From contig NC_134035.1 in assembly GCF_964204645.1 (NCBI RefSeq), positions 13,362,451 to 13,426,450 of the forward strand: 64,000 nt of DNA, given 5' to 3'. This DNA comes from Tubulanus polymorphus. Its lineage: Eukaryota > Animalia > Nemertea. The notes below the pieces were generated by a model. The model ran no database searches. It was not told where the DNA came from and was given only the letters and a program-made list of their open reading frames with translations. Shown here in pieces: positions 13,801 to 26,900 of this stretch. The stretch's first letter is position 1. Each line of letters starts with the position of its first letter. Both the position numbers and the translations under genes were made by a program.

Positions 13801-16800
13801 AAGAAGTGAATTGGACATATTATACTGGAATAGAGCAAGTAAGGTATCCTCGCAGTCAAAACAAGGGTCAGAACAATTTTGAAATTTTAATGCATTTTTG
13901 TGCGATTTCTAGGCACTTCAGGTGCATCACAGTGATCTGCTGTCTTTAGTTACGGGTGGAAAAAGTGCCTTGAAAAATATTGCCTTTGCATTTTCAAGAC
14001 ACGCGATAATTGCGACATTGTCTGGATCCACCATAAGCAGCCTTTTTGACACCAGTGCCCGGTTGTACAATATGACTCAAATATAAGACCAGCCTAAAAC
14101 CATCCTTTAGTTCTATATCTAACAACTCGTGACTATTCTTGAGACCAAGTCTGTGTAACTGGAGCATAGTTCAGAAATAAAAAAGATTCCCGTGACAATA
14201 TTCGAGCAAAATGAACAGATTGTATTTCAGTAACATTAGATATATATATGTAACATTGATAAAACCGATGCATTTGTTTCATAGAACGACAAAAATTGTA
14301 TATAATATGATAATTTCTATATTATTGTATAGAAGCAGCTGTTCACGTTCGGTTCCGTGCCTGGATATATGAACTGATCTAGATTATTAATATTCAATAT
14401 CGTACATATCTTACACGTACATACACACTACTCATCAGGTTTATCAATCAGTCTGATCGTTTTGGTCTCGTGGTTCCGGACAGAGGTTTCTTGCACTTCC
14501 CTGATTAACTACTGCTGTCTGTGTATTTCCTCTGATATTCCCTTACAATCTATAGAGATCTCTGTTTGTCTTCTTCGTCAAGATTCCAATAATTTCATCT
14601 ATGAATTGTCTGCTTAAATGTGTTTCAATTGAATATTTTCTGTAACTGAAATTTACATCAGTTTTTCCTGATCTCCCTTTGTCCTCACTCTCCCTCCCTT
14701 TGCCCCTCTCTCCCTCTGCCCTCTCTCTCCTTTTGCCCCCTTCCCCTCTCTCCCTCTTCCCTCTCCCTCTCCCCTCCCTCACCCTCCCTCTCCCTCTCTC
14801 TCCCTTTGTCCTCCCTCTCCCTCCCTTTGCCCCTCTCTCCCTCTCCCCTCTCTCTCTCCCTCTCCCTCTCTCTCCCTCTCCCCTCCCTCTCCCTCTTCCT
14901 TCCCCTTTTCTCTGCACATTTCATATGTAATGATACATGTTTTATATTGTTTGTGTCTTACAGAAACTTGCTACATGTGTAAGTATCCTTCTCATAGTAA
15001 CTCACCACCACCACGTCGTCTCTGCTCAAACCGATGATCCGGATCACGATGCCGCTGTTACCGTCGACGCTGCTGATGACGCAGCCGCCGTAGATACTGA
15101 CACCGCACCCCCTCAAACACCGCCACCTGGTGACGATAAACAAAAACAACCTAAAAAGAACACTATTGTCATAGCGATAGTGGTAATATATCACTTAGTA
15201 ACACTTCAACAATCGGACAGATTGCGGCGGATAGTGGCTCCCTCTATTCTATTATCTCCGAGCATGATTGGTCGGTTTCAGAGGTTGTTACTATGGCGAC
15301 AGCTGCTTCTTTTGCTTTATCTACAACTCTCTTCTTGTTTTCACTATATTTTCTTGTTTTGCTGTGATAGATTTTTGACCGTTAAATTCTTTGAAACTAC
15401 GGCACATTCTACCGCCGACTGTGGCTCCCTCTATATTTAACCCTTTTCAGTTTTCGAACCCCCCGCTGTTAAACGGTGTTCGCTATACACACCTCGGTGT
15501 CATCATTTGCTTGTGGTATTCTGTGTGCGTCGTTTATTAATTAGTTTAATTATGCTAACGAGTTTTTGATCGACATGTTTAGTCTAATAATAGATATCTG
15601 TATATGTGTTGATGTATACAGTAGGTTTGTATGAATAATTATCCCTTAGATACTACAATAAATAATGATCTCCATTTTATTAATATATCTACATATTATA
15701 TCTATATACATACTAGTATACTACAGTATCGCAGACAACATATGAAATATAAATATCGCTGTAAAATTGAATAGTTTATCGATGCTGTCATGTTTTGATT
15801 GTTCCTATCATCACGAGCTGAAACGATGCAGTTGTTAGAAACTTGCTTCAAGTCATTGACAGACGTAACGACAACTAAAACTGCAATTTAAGGCTTAATT
15901 AGTAATACCTCGTTTCTCCTAATCGGCCGGGTCACTTTTGTAAATCGCGATAAAATGTGTAATCAGTTTATTTCTATAACTGCCGGGTCTGTTATTGTTA
16001 GTTTGATCATGATTTTAAAAGAAGTGATGTACAGGGTAGATAGGCGGCCGGCCGGGTCAACTTTTAAGCTAAAATTTTACCAAAAACCTGGAAAACCTTT
16101 GGATAATGTTATTGACCGCGTGTTTCATCATCAGTACATGATTGACTGAAAAATGAATGAATTGGAACATTTAAAACCTAGAAATTTCTCTGATTCATTC
16201 GCAGGGAATTTTGTATCGTAACATGGAAAAACCCGGGAAATTTCAGAGGAATTTGTAAATGGATGTAAAGTGGCGCCATCCTGTATGAGATGATGATGTT
16301 ATTGTTGTATATTTACAGGCTGTAGCCGGTGTAGTCGGTGTAGGGTTAGTCATAATCGCCGCTATAGTTATAAAGAAACTATCAAAGAAGAAAAGTGCAC
16401 CGGTCGCGCTGGTTGACCCGAACGTGAAATATCCTCTACGTCTGGTCGACCGTGAGGAGATCAGTCACGATACGAGACGTTTCCGTTTCGCTCTTCCATC
16501 ACCGCAGCATATACTGGGATTACCAGTCGGTGAGTACTACATGACTCCAGCAGTCAATAGTCCCAGTGACTCCATCACCGCAGCATATACTGGGATTACC
16601 AGTCGGTGAGTACAACATGACTCCAGCAGTCCCTAGTCCCAGTGACTCCATCACCGCAGCATATACTGGGATTACCAGTCGGTGAGTACAACATGACTCC
16701 AGCAGTCAATAGTCCCAGTGACTCCAGCAGTCACTAGTCTCAGTGACTCCAGCAGTAACTGGTCTCAGTGACTCCAGCAGTAACTAGTCCCAGTGACTCC

Positions 16801-19800
16801 AGCAGTCACTAGTCTCAGTGACTCCAGCAGTAACTGGTGTGAGTGCAACCTGTATTAAGTGACTCCAGCAGTAACTGGTCTCTACATCTATAGACGATAA
16901 GTCCTTATCATATTCTGAAACTTGCCCTGAAGTCGTTGTAGTTGTGACAATTATTGTGTCTAGGATTTATCCAAATAAAGACTTAACGCTTAGTAAATTG
17001 AATTGGAAATAGAAATTGAGACTCAAAAATAGAGAAGACTTATCTAAATGGCAATTTACACTTAGTAGATTGAATTGTAATTACAAATCAGGACTCAAAA
17101 TAGGAGATGACTTCAGTAATGTGATGACTGACTCGAGTTTGTTTAACTGTAGTTTGTGATATGATTGTATTTTCTCATTCTATAGGTCAACATATCTACC
17201 TGAGCGCCAGAATCGATGGACAGCTCGTCATTCGACCTTATACACCTGTTTCTAGTGATGACGATAAAGGATTCTTTGATCTGGTTATTAAGGTTCGTCT
17301 TAGATCTTAGATTAGAGAGAGGGAGTCGTTTTAGATCTTAGATCCTAAATTAGAGAGAAAGAGAGAGAACTCTCAGAATCAACTCTAAATGTACCGGTGA
17401 GACTGTGAACCCGGGCATACTGGCCACATCATTCACTGGTCTCTCATCAATCACTGATTCAATCGGTTTTGAATCCTGGTGGTGACTGAGTATCTCAAGT
17501 GTTTTGTCTCTGGCCTGGCTATGATAACTGAATTGGTACTCGGTGGGATGGGGGTGGTAAAATAAAAACCTTGAACCTCCTTATTTTCTAAAAATTTTCG
17601 TACGCAATTTTATTAACCGTTTTGAATTATGATAATTGTACGTTAGGGGTAATTCATTTATTACGTACGCATTAGGGGAGGGGGGAGGGGTCAGTGCAAT
17701 TGCGTTCTGTAATGCTTAATGTATATGAAAAAATGGCCGATTTTGCGTACAGAGGGGGTTGAAAAATTCAAATTTTATGCGTACGTAATAAATGAATGAT
17801 CCTTTAGCGAGATACATATACAAAAATTCAAATTTTAATCCTGTTTAAAGAGAGTCAGCGTAAGGTGTTCTCCGAATCTGTATTGTAGGTCTACTTCAAG
17901 AATGTGCATCCTAAATTCCCGGAGGGCGGAAAAATGTCGCAACATTTGAACGATATGGAGATTAACGATTACATCGATGTTCGCGGTCCGTCTGGTCTCC
18001 TCGTTTACACCGCTCCAGGTAAAAACATATTAAACTATTCTCTAAATCATCGGAATTCTCTCTCAAAATGTAGAGAGAATCCTACAAGAATAACGAAAAA
18101 CCAGCCCAAAAATTTAACTGAAGCTAGTAGTTTATTCAATGTTTTGACTCAGGAATAATGAATAATGATGACTATCAGGATATAGTCGAGACGTTGAATA
18201 AGCTACTAGCTTCAGTTACATTTTTGGGCTGGTTTTTCGTTATTCTTGTAGGATTCTCTCTACATCGCTTCAACACGGATCCATAGTGTTTTATCAATCA
18301 TGATCTCTCTCAAAATATTTTCATCTATATTTTACATTATGAATATTGAAATATGTTCATCTCTGAGCACGTATAATCATCACGACGTTTTAAACTTAGA
18401 CGTGATTCAATGATAAATTAATAAATTGTTACGTTTCAAACCTAGAGATTTCTCTGATTCACTTTTTGTGTAATCACATGGAAACCTGAGGGAAAACTGA
18501 GGGGACTGATTTGTAAATGAGTGGAAAGTAGCGCCACCCTGATAAATATCTATGGATCTTCAATGAAACTGTATTTTAATCTAACTGTTTAAAATCTAAT
18601 GTTACATTTGTTTATCAGGTGAACTGGCGATTCGTGAAGATAAGAAAAGTGAACCGGTTCAACGTAAAGTGAACAAGATTTCACTAATTGCCGGCGGGAC
18701 TGGAATAACACCGATGCTACAGATTATCAGACAAGTTTTTAAAGATCCAGAAGACACGACGGAACTTGCTCTACTGTTCGCTAACCAGGTATATTAATAC
18801 TGACTCTATCCTTTACAGCCTCCTTTACGACTGCAGTTATACATGGGATTTCAGTTCAAATAGTTCATATCCTTAACTCCTTAGTCGAAAAATAGTTAAA
18901 ACTTTCAAAAACTGAGCATTCACTCTATTCATCACATGTGTTCAGTACTTCACATTTTTGAATGAAAATGAACTACAAACACCAGAAATTAGATATTTCA
19001 TCAGCACACTTTCAAAAACTAACCGTCCACACTTCACATGGTGTTCAGTGCTTCACCTGAGACATTTTTAATTGAAAATCAACTACAAACACCAAACATT
19101 AGACATTTCATACAAACTTCACTGTAATAATGAATGCTTGTCTGAAAGGGGTGTAGAATACATGGAGGCAGGTTTGTGAAGGGGTCGATCTCGGACTGCA
19201 GTTTAATACCTGTCTCTATAATTGATATGTTTTAGACTGAACAGGATATTCTGTTGAGAGAGGAATTGGAAGAAATAGCGAGTAGCCATCGTAAACGCTT
19301 TAAACTGTGGTACACCGTCGATCGCGCTCCGGAAGGTGAGTATTTAAAACACGTGCTGTTTGAAAAGTCCGCGCCAGTTGATCAGAATTTGGTTAATTGT
19401 TGGATAAATGCCTTTGTGACCACGTTGTTTATCCACTAGTTTACTCTAAGCCTTTCAGTGCGGTATTTTATTCACTGATAGGCTTTGCTAGTACACAGCA
19501 TCGCGGTGTATTGATGTAAATAGTAATTAGTTGTTATCTCTCCTGAAAGATGGCAGCACGTGTCAAACATAGAGAAATATTAGTAACTATTGATACACCG
19601 CACAGCAGTGTAGACGCACTATAGCGGTATGCCATTTATTCAAGGAGTGGAATTTCTAGAAATTTTCAAATTATCTCCCGCACTTTCTAGTATTGATTAT
19701 CTAGCACTGAAAGGGTTAATAGAGCAGCTGGGCTCCACGTTTATTTAAGAATTCTACTATCACACGAATAAATGTATATATTTCTAGGTTGGGAGTACAG

Positions 19801-19960
19801 CGAAGGATTTATCAGCGCTGATATGATTTCCGCTCATCTATTTCCACCCGGTGATGATTCGATTGTTCTGATGTGCGGACCGCCGCCGATGATTAAATTC
19901 GCTTGTTTACCGAACCTCGATAAACTCGGCTACGCGGAGAACATGAGATTCGCTTTCTAA
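10864..19960 (+). CDS. CYB5R3: NADH-cytochrome b5 reductase (CYB5R3-like), ~303 aa membrane-anchored isoform
   Basis: Exons 10864-10884 (MAPVEVV, gtaagt donor; alternative first exon 13460-13480), 16319-16529, 17186-17292, 17889-18018, 18619-18788, 19236-19335, 19788-19960. Motifs [72 protein letters not shown]. Choice of first exon is less certain than the core. Confidence 0.93.
12318..12712. repeat. 20-bp minisatellite (AGAACTGTGGAACTGGATCC)n
   Basis: Direct tandem copies; same family as the TIR of MITE A. Confidence 0.95.
13460..13480 (+). CDS. CYB5R3: Alternative first coding exon of CYB5R (MSTLGII)
   Basis: aaatcATG TCT ACT TTA GGT ATA ATT|gtaagt; 7 codons, phase 0, compatible with the exons at 14964 and 16319. 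Confidence 0.7.
14679..14912. repeat. Polypyrimidine (CCCTCT-like) tract
   Basis: Low-complexity C/T run; similar tract at ~45400-45555. Confidence 0.9.
14964..15182 (+). CDS. CYB5R3: Alternative CYB5R exon (signal-peptide remainder, acidic Pro/Thr-rich segment, start of TM)
   Basis: ttgtgtcttacag acceptor, 73 open codons [25 protein letters not shown]...[13 protein letters not shown]|gtaata donor, phase 0-0; GC-richer than the flanking intron. Confidence 0.7.
16496..16880 (+). repeat. 76-bp tandem copies of a CYB5R exon end plus donor, decaying into a ~24-bp repeat
   Basis: CCATCACCGCAGCATATACTGGGATTACCAGTCG|GTGAGT three times. Confidence 0.9.
17645..17803. mobile_element. MITE with ~25-bp TIRs in a CYB5R intron
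   Basis: AGGGGTAATTCATTTATTACGTACGCA ... TGCGTACGTAATAAATGAATGATCCTT. Confidence 0.65.
18068..18265. repeat. Inverted repeat (~82-bp arms) in a CYB5R intron
   Basis: ATGTAGAGAGAATCCTACAAGAATAACG... pairs with ...CGTTATTCTTGTAGGATTCTCTCTACAT. Confidence 0.85.
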
Positions 19961-19977
19961 ACTTTATACACATACGA

Positions 19978-20500
19978 ACCGTGTTCCACAGTTCTGTACA
20001 CGGTTCCACAGGTTCTGGAACCAGTTCCACAGTTCAGGACTCAGTCCTGCACTTCAGGATCCAGTCCCACAATTCTGGATCTGGTTCCACACTTCAGGAC
20101 CCAGTCCCGCAATTCTGGACCCAGTTCCACACTTCAGGACCCAGTCCTGAAGTTCTGGACCCAGTTCCACATTTCAGGACCCAGTCCTGCAGTTCTGGAC
20201 CCAGTTCCACACTTCAGGACCCAGTCCTGAAGTTCTGGACCCAGTTCCACATTTCAGGACCCAGTCCTGCAGTTCTGGACCCAGTTCCACACTTCAGGAC
20301 CCAGTCCTGAAGTTCTCGACCCAGTTCCACATTTCAGGACCCAGTCTTGCAGTTCTGGACCCAGTTCCACACTTCAGGACCCAGTCCTGAAGTTCTGGAC
20401 CCAGTTCCACACTTCAGGACCCAGTCCTGAAGTTCTGGACCCAGTTCCACATTTCAGGACCCAGTCCCGCAATTCTGGATCTGGTTCCACACTTCTTGGA
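19978..20500. repeat. 20/40-bp minisatellite in the CYB5R 3' UTR
   Basis: (GGACCCAGTTCCACACTTCA GGACCCAGTCCTGAAGTTCT)n. Confidence 0.9.
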
Positions 20501-21691
20501 CACGCTAAAATTTGACTCAAAAATTAGAATTAGTAAATTTCCAAATATTCTAAAACTTGCGTAAAATTATCACGGAAAGAACTGTGAACAACAAACCATG
20601 GAGAATAAATTTTGATATTGGATTTGTTTGAATATAGGAAAGATTTATGAATTATTGATTTGATGTGATTTGTTTATGAAATGCTATGTTTGTTTTTTTG
20701 GAAGCGGGAATTCTGTGAGTTTATATCATTGTCGATATAATCAGCTTGAAAGAACAATATTTTTGGAAAAATGAATTTTTTTTGTGTCTAAATTCAACAA
20801 AAAAAGAAGAATCTGAACAAAGATGAGGTGGTTATTTGCGGTTGTTTTATTGAACGAACTTTAAAACGCTTTTGTAAATAAATCTATATATTCTGTATAT
20901 GGATAGATGGTGAACTGTTAATCTTTAGTTATAACTGTAAAAACTATCTACATACATATAAAACTTACATTTGTAACCAGTTAGATTTGGATCTAATCCG
21001 GATTTTGATCAAGTTCATGTTGATCTAGATTCCAAGTGTTTAAATGAATCTGGAAACTAATTCTGATATGGATTTCGTGAAAACCAAAACCTGGTTCACG
21101 AGCTGTGTTGATCAAACGTTGGTTAAAGATAACATGCGGATGATTACTGTGGACTTTTAATGGTCACTGTGTCAACTATCCACTGTGTAACTCTTACCAA
21201 CTTTAACCAACGACAGCTGTCCCTTAGAATTTGGCTTTGAGTAAAATTCTTGAGGTTTCACTAGTTGTGAAACTCTCACTCGTGATAAATTTTATCAGAT
21301 CCGAATGGTCCAAATCAGTCGACCCCCTTCTATAGTGTATTCAAATAGTATTCATTTGTGTGATACATATATCAACAACCAGTGTGTGGACCAGCGGTTC
21401 CACCAGTGTGGATGGATCCTGTTCCACAGTTATGAGTTTATATACAATGTAACTCACAACTGTGGAACTGGGTCTTGTAGTATTTATACTTATAATTAAC
21501 TATGCAGTGATATCGTTAAATGTGCTATAAGTATTTGTAATAATGTTGAGGTGATTGTGTCGTAGGATGAGGAAATTCTTCATTTGACTTTTTTGTAGAA
21601 ATAAATCGTCAAACTCGTTTCGATGTTTGGATAATATAGAAATAATTATAGGCATCTGATAGTGCTTTATTGAAACTTGTATTTTTCAATG

Positions 21692-21697
21692 AATAAA
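21692..21697 (+). terminator. CYB5R poly(A) signal (proximal copy)
   Basis: AATAAA followed by a GT-rich tract (ttgttgtttgtttt) at the end of an AT-rich 3' UTR-like region. Confidence 0.5.
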
Positions 21698-23031
21698 AGC
21701 TTCTGCTTTGCGAAATTCAAGCTCAATTTGTTGTTTGTTTTCACCTCGGGGCTCCGTGGATACCTACAGACCTAAATATGAGGATGTCTTTAATTACTAG
21801 GTTCGAAAACCGAAACGCCCCTGTACATCCTCTATTCAGCATCAGGACCATTCTGAATCAGTAGCAGTAATTACTGGGTTCGAACCCGGGATAATTGCTC
21901 AGATTAATAATGATAATGCTATGATCGCCATCTATTGGATTATGGCAGAACCGACTAGATAGCTCTTATTTGTCTCACTGAGTCTTCTTCAGTGGGTTGA
22001 AATCACACTCGCCATCTGGTGGATTTCTATGCTACAACAGTCTAATGATGGTTCTATCCATCAGATGGCGAGTGTGATTTTCACGGATTAAAGAAGACTC
22101 AGTGAGACCAGTGAGAGCTGTCTAGTCAGTTCAGCCAAATTCCAATAGATGGCGATCACGATAGAAAGCTTGATATCCTCTTCTTGTTGGGCATCGGCCT
22201 GTACACCTTCTATTCAGCATCAGTACCACTCTGAATCAGTATCAGTAATTACTCGGTTCGAACCCGGGACACCCCTGTACATCCTCTACTCAGCATCAGT
22301 ACCACTCTGAATCAGCATCAGTAATTACTGGGTTCGAGCCCGGGACACCCCTGAACATCCTCTATTCAGCATCAAGATCCCTGAATTATTGTAAATAATT
22401 ACTGGGTTCGAGCCCGGGACACCCCTGTACATCCTATTCAGCATCAGGACCACTCTGAATCATTGTCACTAATTACTGGATTCGAGCCCGGGACACCCAT
22501 GTGCAACCTCTATCAGCATCAGGACCACTCAGAATCAGCATCTGTAATCATTGGGCTCGAACCCGGGACACCCGCTTAGTTTGATAATGATGTTCTGATT
22601 GCCATCTATTGGATTTTGGCAGAACCGACTAGATAGCTCTTATTTGTCTCACTGAGTCTTCTTCAGTGGGTTGAAATCACACTCGCCATCTGGTGGATTT
22701 CAACGCTACTACAGTTTAATGATGGTTATATCCACCAGATGGCGAGTGTGATTTTAACGGATTAAAGAAGACTCAGTGAGACCAGTGAGAGCTATCTAGT
22801 CAGTTCAGCCAAATTCCAATAGATGGCGATCACGATAGAAATCTTGATATCCTCTCCTTGTTGGGCATCGGCCAGTACATCCTCTAAACAGCATCAATCA
22901 GGACCATTCTGAATCATTGTAAATAATTACTGGGTTCGAGCCCGGGAAACCCCTGTACATCCTCTATTCAACATCAGGATAAATCTGAATCATTGTAAAT
23001 AATTACTGGGTTCGAGCCCTGGACACCCCTG

Positions 23032-23900
23032 TATAGTGTATTCAAATAGTATTCATTTGTGTGATACATATATCAACGACCAGTGTGTGGACCAGCGGTT
23101 CCACCAGTGTGGATGGATCCTGTTCCACAGTTATGAGTTTATATACAATGTAACTCACAACTGTGGAACTGGGTCCTGTAGTATTTATACTTATAATTAA
23201 CTATGCAGTGATATCGTTAAATGTGCTATAAGTATTTGTAATAATGTTGAGGTGATTGTGTCGTAGGATGAGGAAATTCTTCATTTGACTTTTTTGTAGA
23301 AATAAATCGTCAAACTCGTTTCGATGTTTGGATAATATAGAAATAATTATAGGCATCTGATAGTGCTGTATTGAAACTTGTATTTTTCAATGAATAAAAG
23401 CTTCTGCTTTGCGAAATTCAAGCTCAATTTGTTGTTTGTTTTCACCTCGGGGCTCCGTGGATACCTACAGACCTAAATATGAGGATGTCTTTAATTACTA
23501 GGTTCGAAAACCGAAACGCCCCTGTACATCCTCTATTCAGCATCAGGACCATTCTGAATCAGTAGCAGTAATTACTGGGTTCGAACCCGGGATAATTGCT
23601 CAGTTTAATAATGATAATGCTATGATCGCCATCTATTGGATTATGGCAGAACCGACTAGATAGCTCTTATTTGTCTCACTGACTCTTCTTTAATGCTTTG
23701 AAATCACACTCGCCATCTGGTGGATTTCTATGCTACTACAGTCTAATGATGGTTTTATCCACCAGATGGCGAGTGTGATTTTAACGGATGAAAGGAATGT
23801 CAGTGAGACCAGTGAGAGCTATCTAGTCAGTTCAGCCAAATTCCAATAGATGGCGATCACGATAGAAATCTTGATATCCTCTCCTTGTTGGGCATCGGCC
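23032..23900 (+). repeat. Direct duplication of 21331-~22200 (CYB5R 3' end plus first palindrome)
   Basis: Near-identical sequence starting TATAGTGTATTCAAATAGTATTCATTTG at 21331 and 23032. Confidence 0.95.
23393..23398 (+). terminator. Duplicated CYB5R poly(A) signal (distal copy)
   Basis: Same context as 21692, within the 1701-bp-offset duplication. Confidence 0.45.
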
Positions 23901-26900
23901 TGTACATCCTCTAAACAGCATCTGGACCACTCTGAATCATTGTGAATAATCACTGGGTTCGAGCCCTGGACACCCCTGTACATCCTCTATTCAGCATCAG
24001 GATAAATCTGAATCAGCATCAGTAATTACTGGGTTCGAACCCGATAGACCTCTGAACATCCTCGACTCAGCATCAGGATAACTGAATCATTGCAAATAAT
24101 TACTAGGTTCGAGCCCGGGACACCCCTGTACATCCTATTCAGCATCAGGACCACTCTGAATCATTGTCACTAATTACTGGATTCGAGCCCGGGACACCCG
24201 CTTAGTTTGATAATGATACTATGATCGCCATCTATTGGATTTTGGCAGAACCGACTAGATAGCTCTTATTTGTCTCACTGAGTCTTCTTCAGTGGGTTGA
24301 AATCACACTCGCCATCTGGTGGATTTCTATGCTACTACAGTTTAATGATGGTTATATCCACCAGATGGCGAGTGTGATTTTAACGGATTAAAGAAGACTC
24401 AGTGAGACCAGTGAGAGCTATCTAGTCAGTTCAGCCAAATTCCAATAGATGGCGATCACGATAGAAAGCTTGATATCCTCTCCTTGTTGGGCATCGGCCT
24501 GTACACCTATTCAGCATCAGTACCACTCTGAATCAGTATCAGTAATTACTCGGTTCGAACCCGGGACACCCCTGTACATCCTCTACTCAGCATCAGTACC
24601 ACTCTGAATCAGCATCAGTAATTACTGGGTTCGAGCCCGGGTCACCCCTGAACATCCTCTATTCAGCATCAAGATCCCTGAATTATTGTAAATAATTACT
24701 GGGTTCGAGCCCGGGACACCCCTGTACATCCTATTCAGCATCAGGACCACTCTGAATCATTGTCACTAATTACTGGGTTCGAGCCCGGGACACCCATGTG
24801 CAACCTCTATCAACATCAGGACCACTCAGAATCAGCATCTGTAATTATTGGGCTCGAACCCGGGACACCCGCTAAGTTTGCTAATGATGTTCTGATTGCC
24901 ATCTATTGGATTTTGGCAGAACCGACTAGATAGCTCTTATTTGTCTCACTGAATCTTCTTCAGTGGGTTGAAATCACACTCGCCATCTGGTGGATTTCTA
25001 TGCTACTACAGTTTAATGATGGTTATATCCACCAGATGGCGAGTGTGATTTTCACGGATTAAAGAAGACTCAGTGAGACCAGTGAGAGCTATCTTGTCAG
25101 TTCAGCCAAATTCCAATAGATGGCGATCACGATAGAAATCTTGACATCCTCTCCTTGTTGGGCATCGGCCTGTACATCCTCTAAACAGCATCAGGACCAC
25201 TCTGAATCATTGTGAATAATTACTGGGTTCGAGCCCTGGACGCCCCTGTACATCCTCTATTCAGCATCAGGATAAATCTGAATCAGTGTCAGTAATTACT
25301 GGGTTCGAACCCGATAGACCTCTGAACATCCTCGACTCAGCATCAGGATAACTGAATCATTGCAAATAATTACTGGGTTCGAGCCCGGGACACCCCTGTA
25401 CATCCTATTCAGCATCAGGACCACTCTGAATCAGTATCAGTAATTATTGGGCTCGAACCCAGGACACCCACTTAGTTTGATAATGATAATGCTATGATCG
25501 CCATCTATTGGATTTTGGCAGAACCGACTAGATAGCTCTTATTTGTCTCACTGAGTCTTCTTCAGTGGGTTGAAATCACACTCGCCATCTGGTGGATTTC
25601 TATGCTACTACAGTTTAATGATGGTTATATCCACCAGATGGCGAGTGTGATTTTCACGGATTAAGAAGACTCAGTGAGACCAGTGAGAGCTATCTTGTCA
25701 GTTCAGCCAAATTCCAATAGATGGCGATCACGATAGAAATCTTGACATCCTCTCCTTGTTGGGCATCGGCCTGTACATCCTCTAAACAGCATGAGGACCA
25801 CTCTGGATCATTGTGAATAATCACTGGGTTCGAGCCCTGGACACCCCTGTACATCCTCTATTCAGCATCAGGATAAATCTGAATCAGTGTCAGTAACTAC
25901 CGGGTTCGAACCCGATAGACCTCTGAACATCCTCGACTCAGCATCAGGATAACTGAATCATTGCAAATAATTACTAGGTTCGAGCCCGGGACACCCCTGT
26001 ACATCCTCTATTCAGCATCAGGATAAATCTGAATCAGTGTCAGTAACTACCGGGTTCGAACCCGATAGACCTCTGAACATCCTCGACTCAGCATCAGGAT
26101 AACTGAATCATTGCAAATAATTACTGGGTTCGAGCCCGGGACACCCCTGTACATCCTATTCAGCATCAGGACCACTCTGAATCATTGTCACTAATTACTG
26201 GATTCGAGCCCGGGACACCCGCTTAGTTTGATAATTATAATGCTATGATCGCCATCTATTGGATTTTGGCAGAACCGACTAGATAGCTCTTATTTGTCTC
26301 ACTGAGTCTTCTTCAGTGGGTTGAAATCACACTCGCCATCTGGTGGATTTCTATGCTACTACAGTTTAATGATGGTTATATCCACCAGATGGCGAGTGTG
26401 ATTTTCACGGATTAAAGAAGACTCAGTGAGACCAGTGAGAGCTATCTTGTCAGTTCAGCCAAATTCCAATAGATGGCGATCACGATAGAAATCTTGACAT
26501 CCTCTCCTTGTTGGGCATCGGCCTGTACATCCTCTAAACAGCATGAGGACCACTCTGAATCATTGTGAATAATCACTGGGTTCGAGCCCTGGACACCCCT
26601 GTACATCCTCTATTCAGCATCAGGATAAATCTGAATCAGCATCAGTAATTACTGAGTTCAAACCCGATAGACCTCTGAACATCCTCGACTCAGCATCAGG
26701 ATAACTGAATCATTGCAAATAATTACTAGGTTCGAGCCCGGGACACCCCTGTACATCCTATTCAGCATCAGGACCACTCTGAATCGTTGTCACTAATTAC
26801 TGGATTCGAGCCCGGGACACCCGCTTAGTTTGCTAATGATGTTCTGATTGCCATCTATTGGATTTTGGCAGAACCGACTAGATAGCTCTTATTTGTCTCA

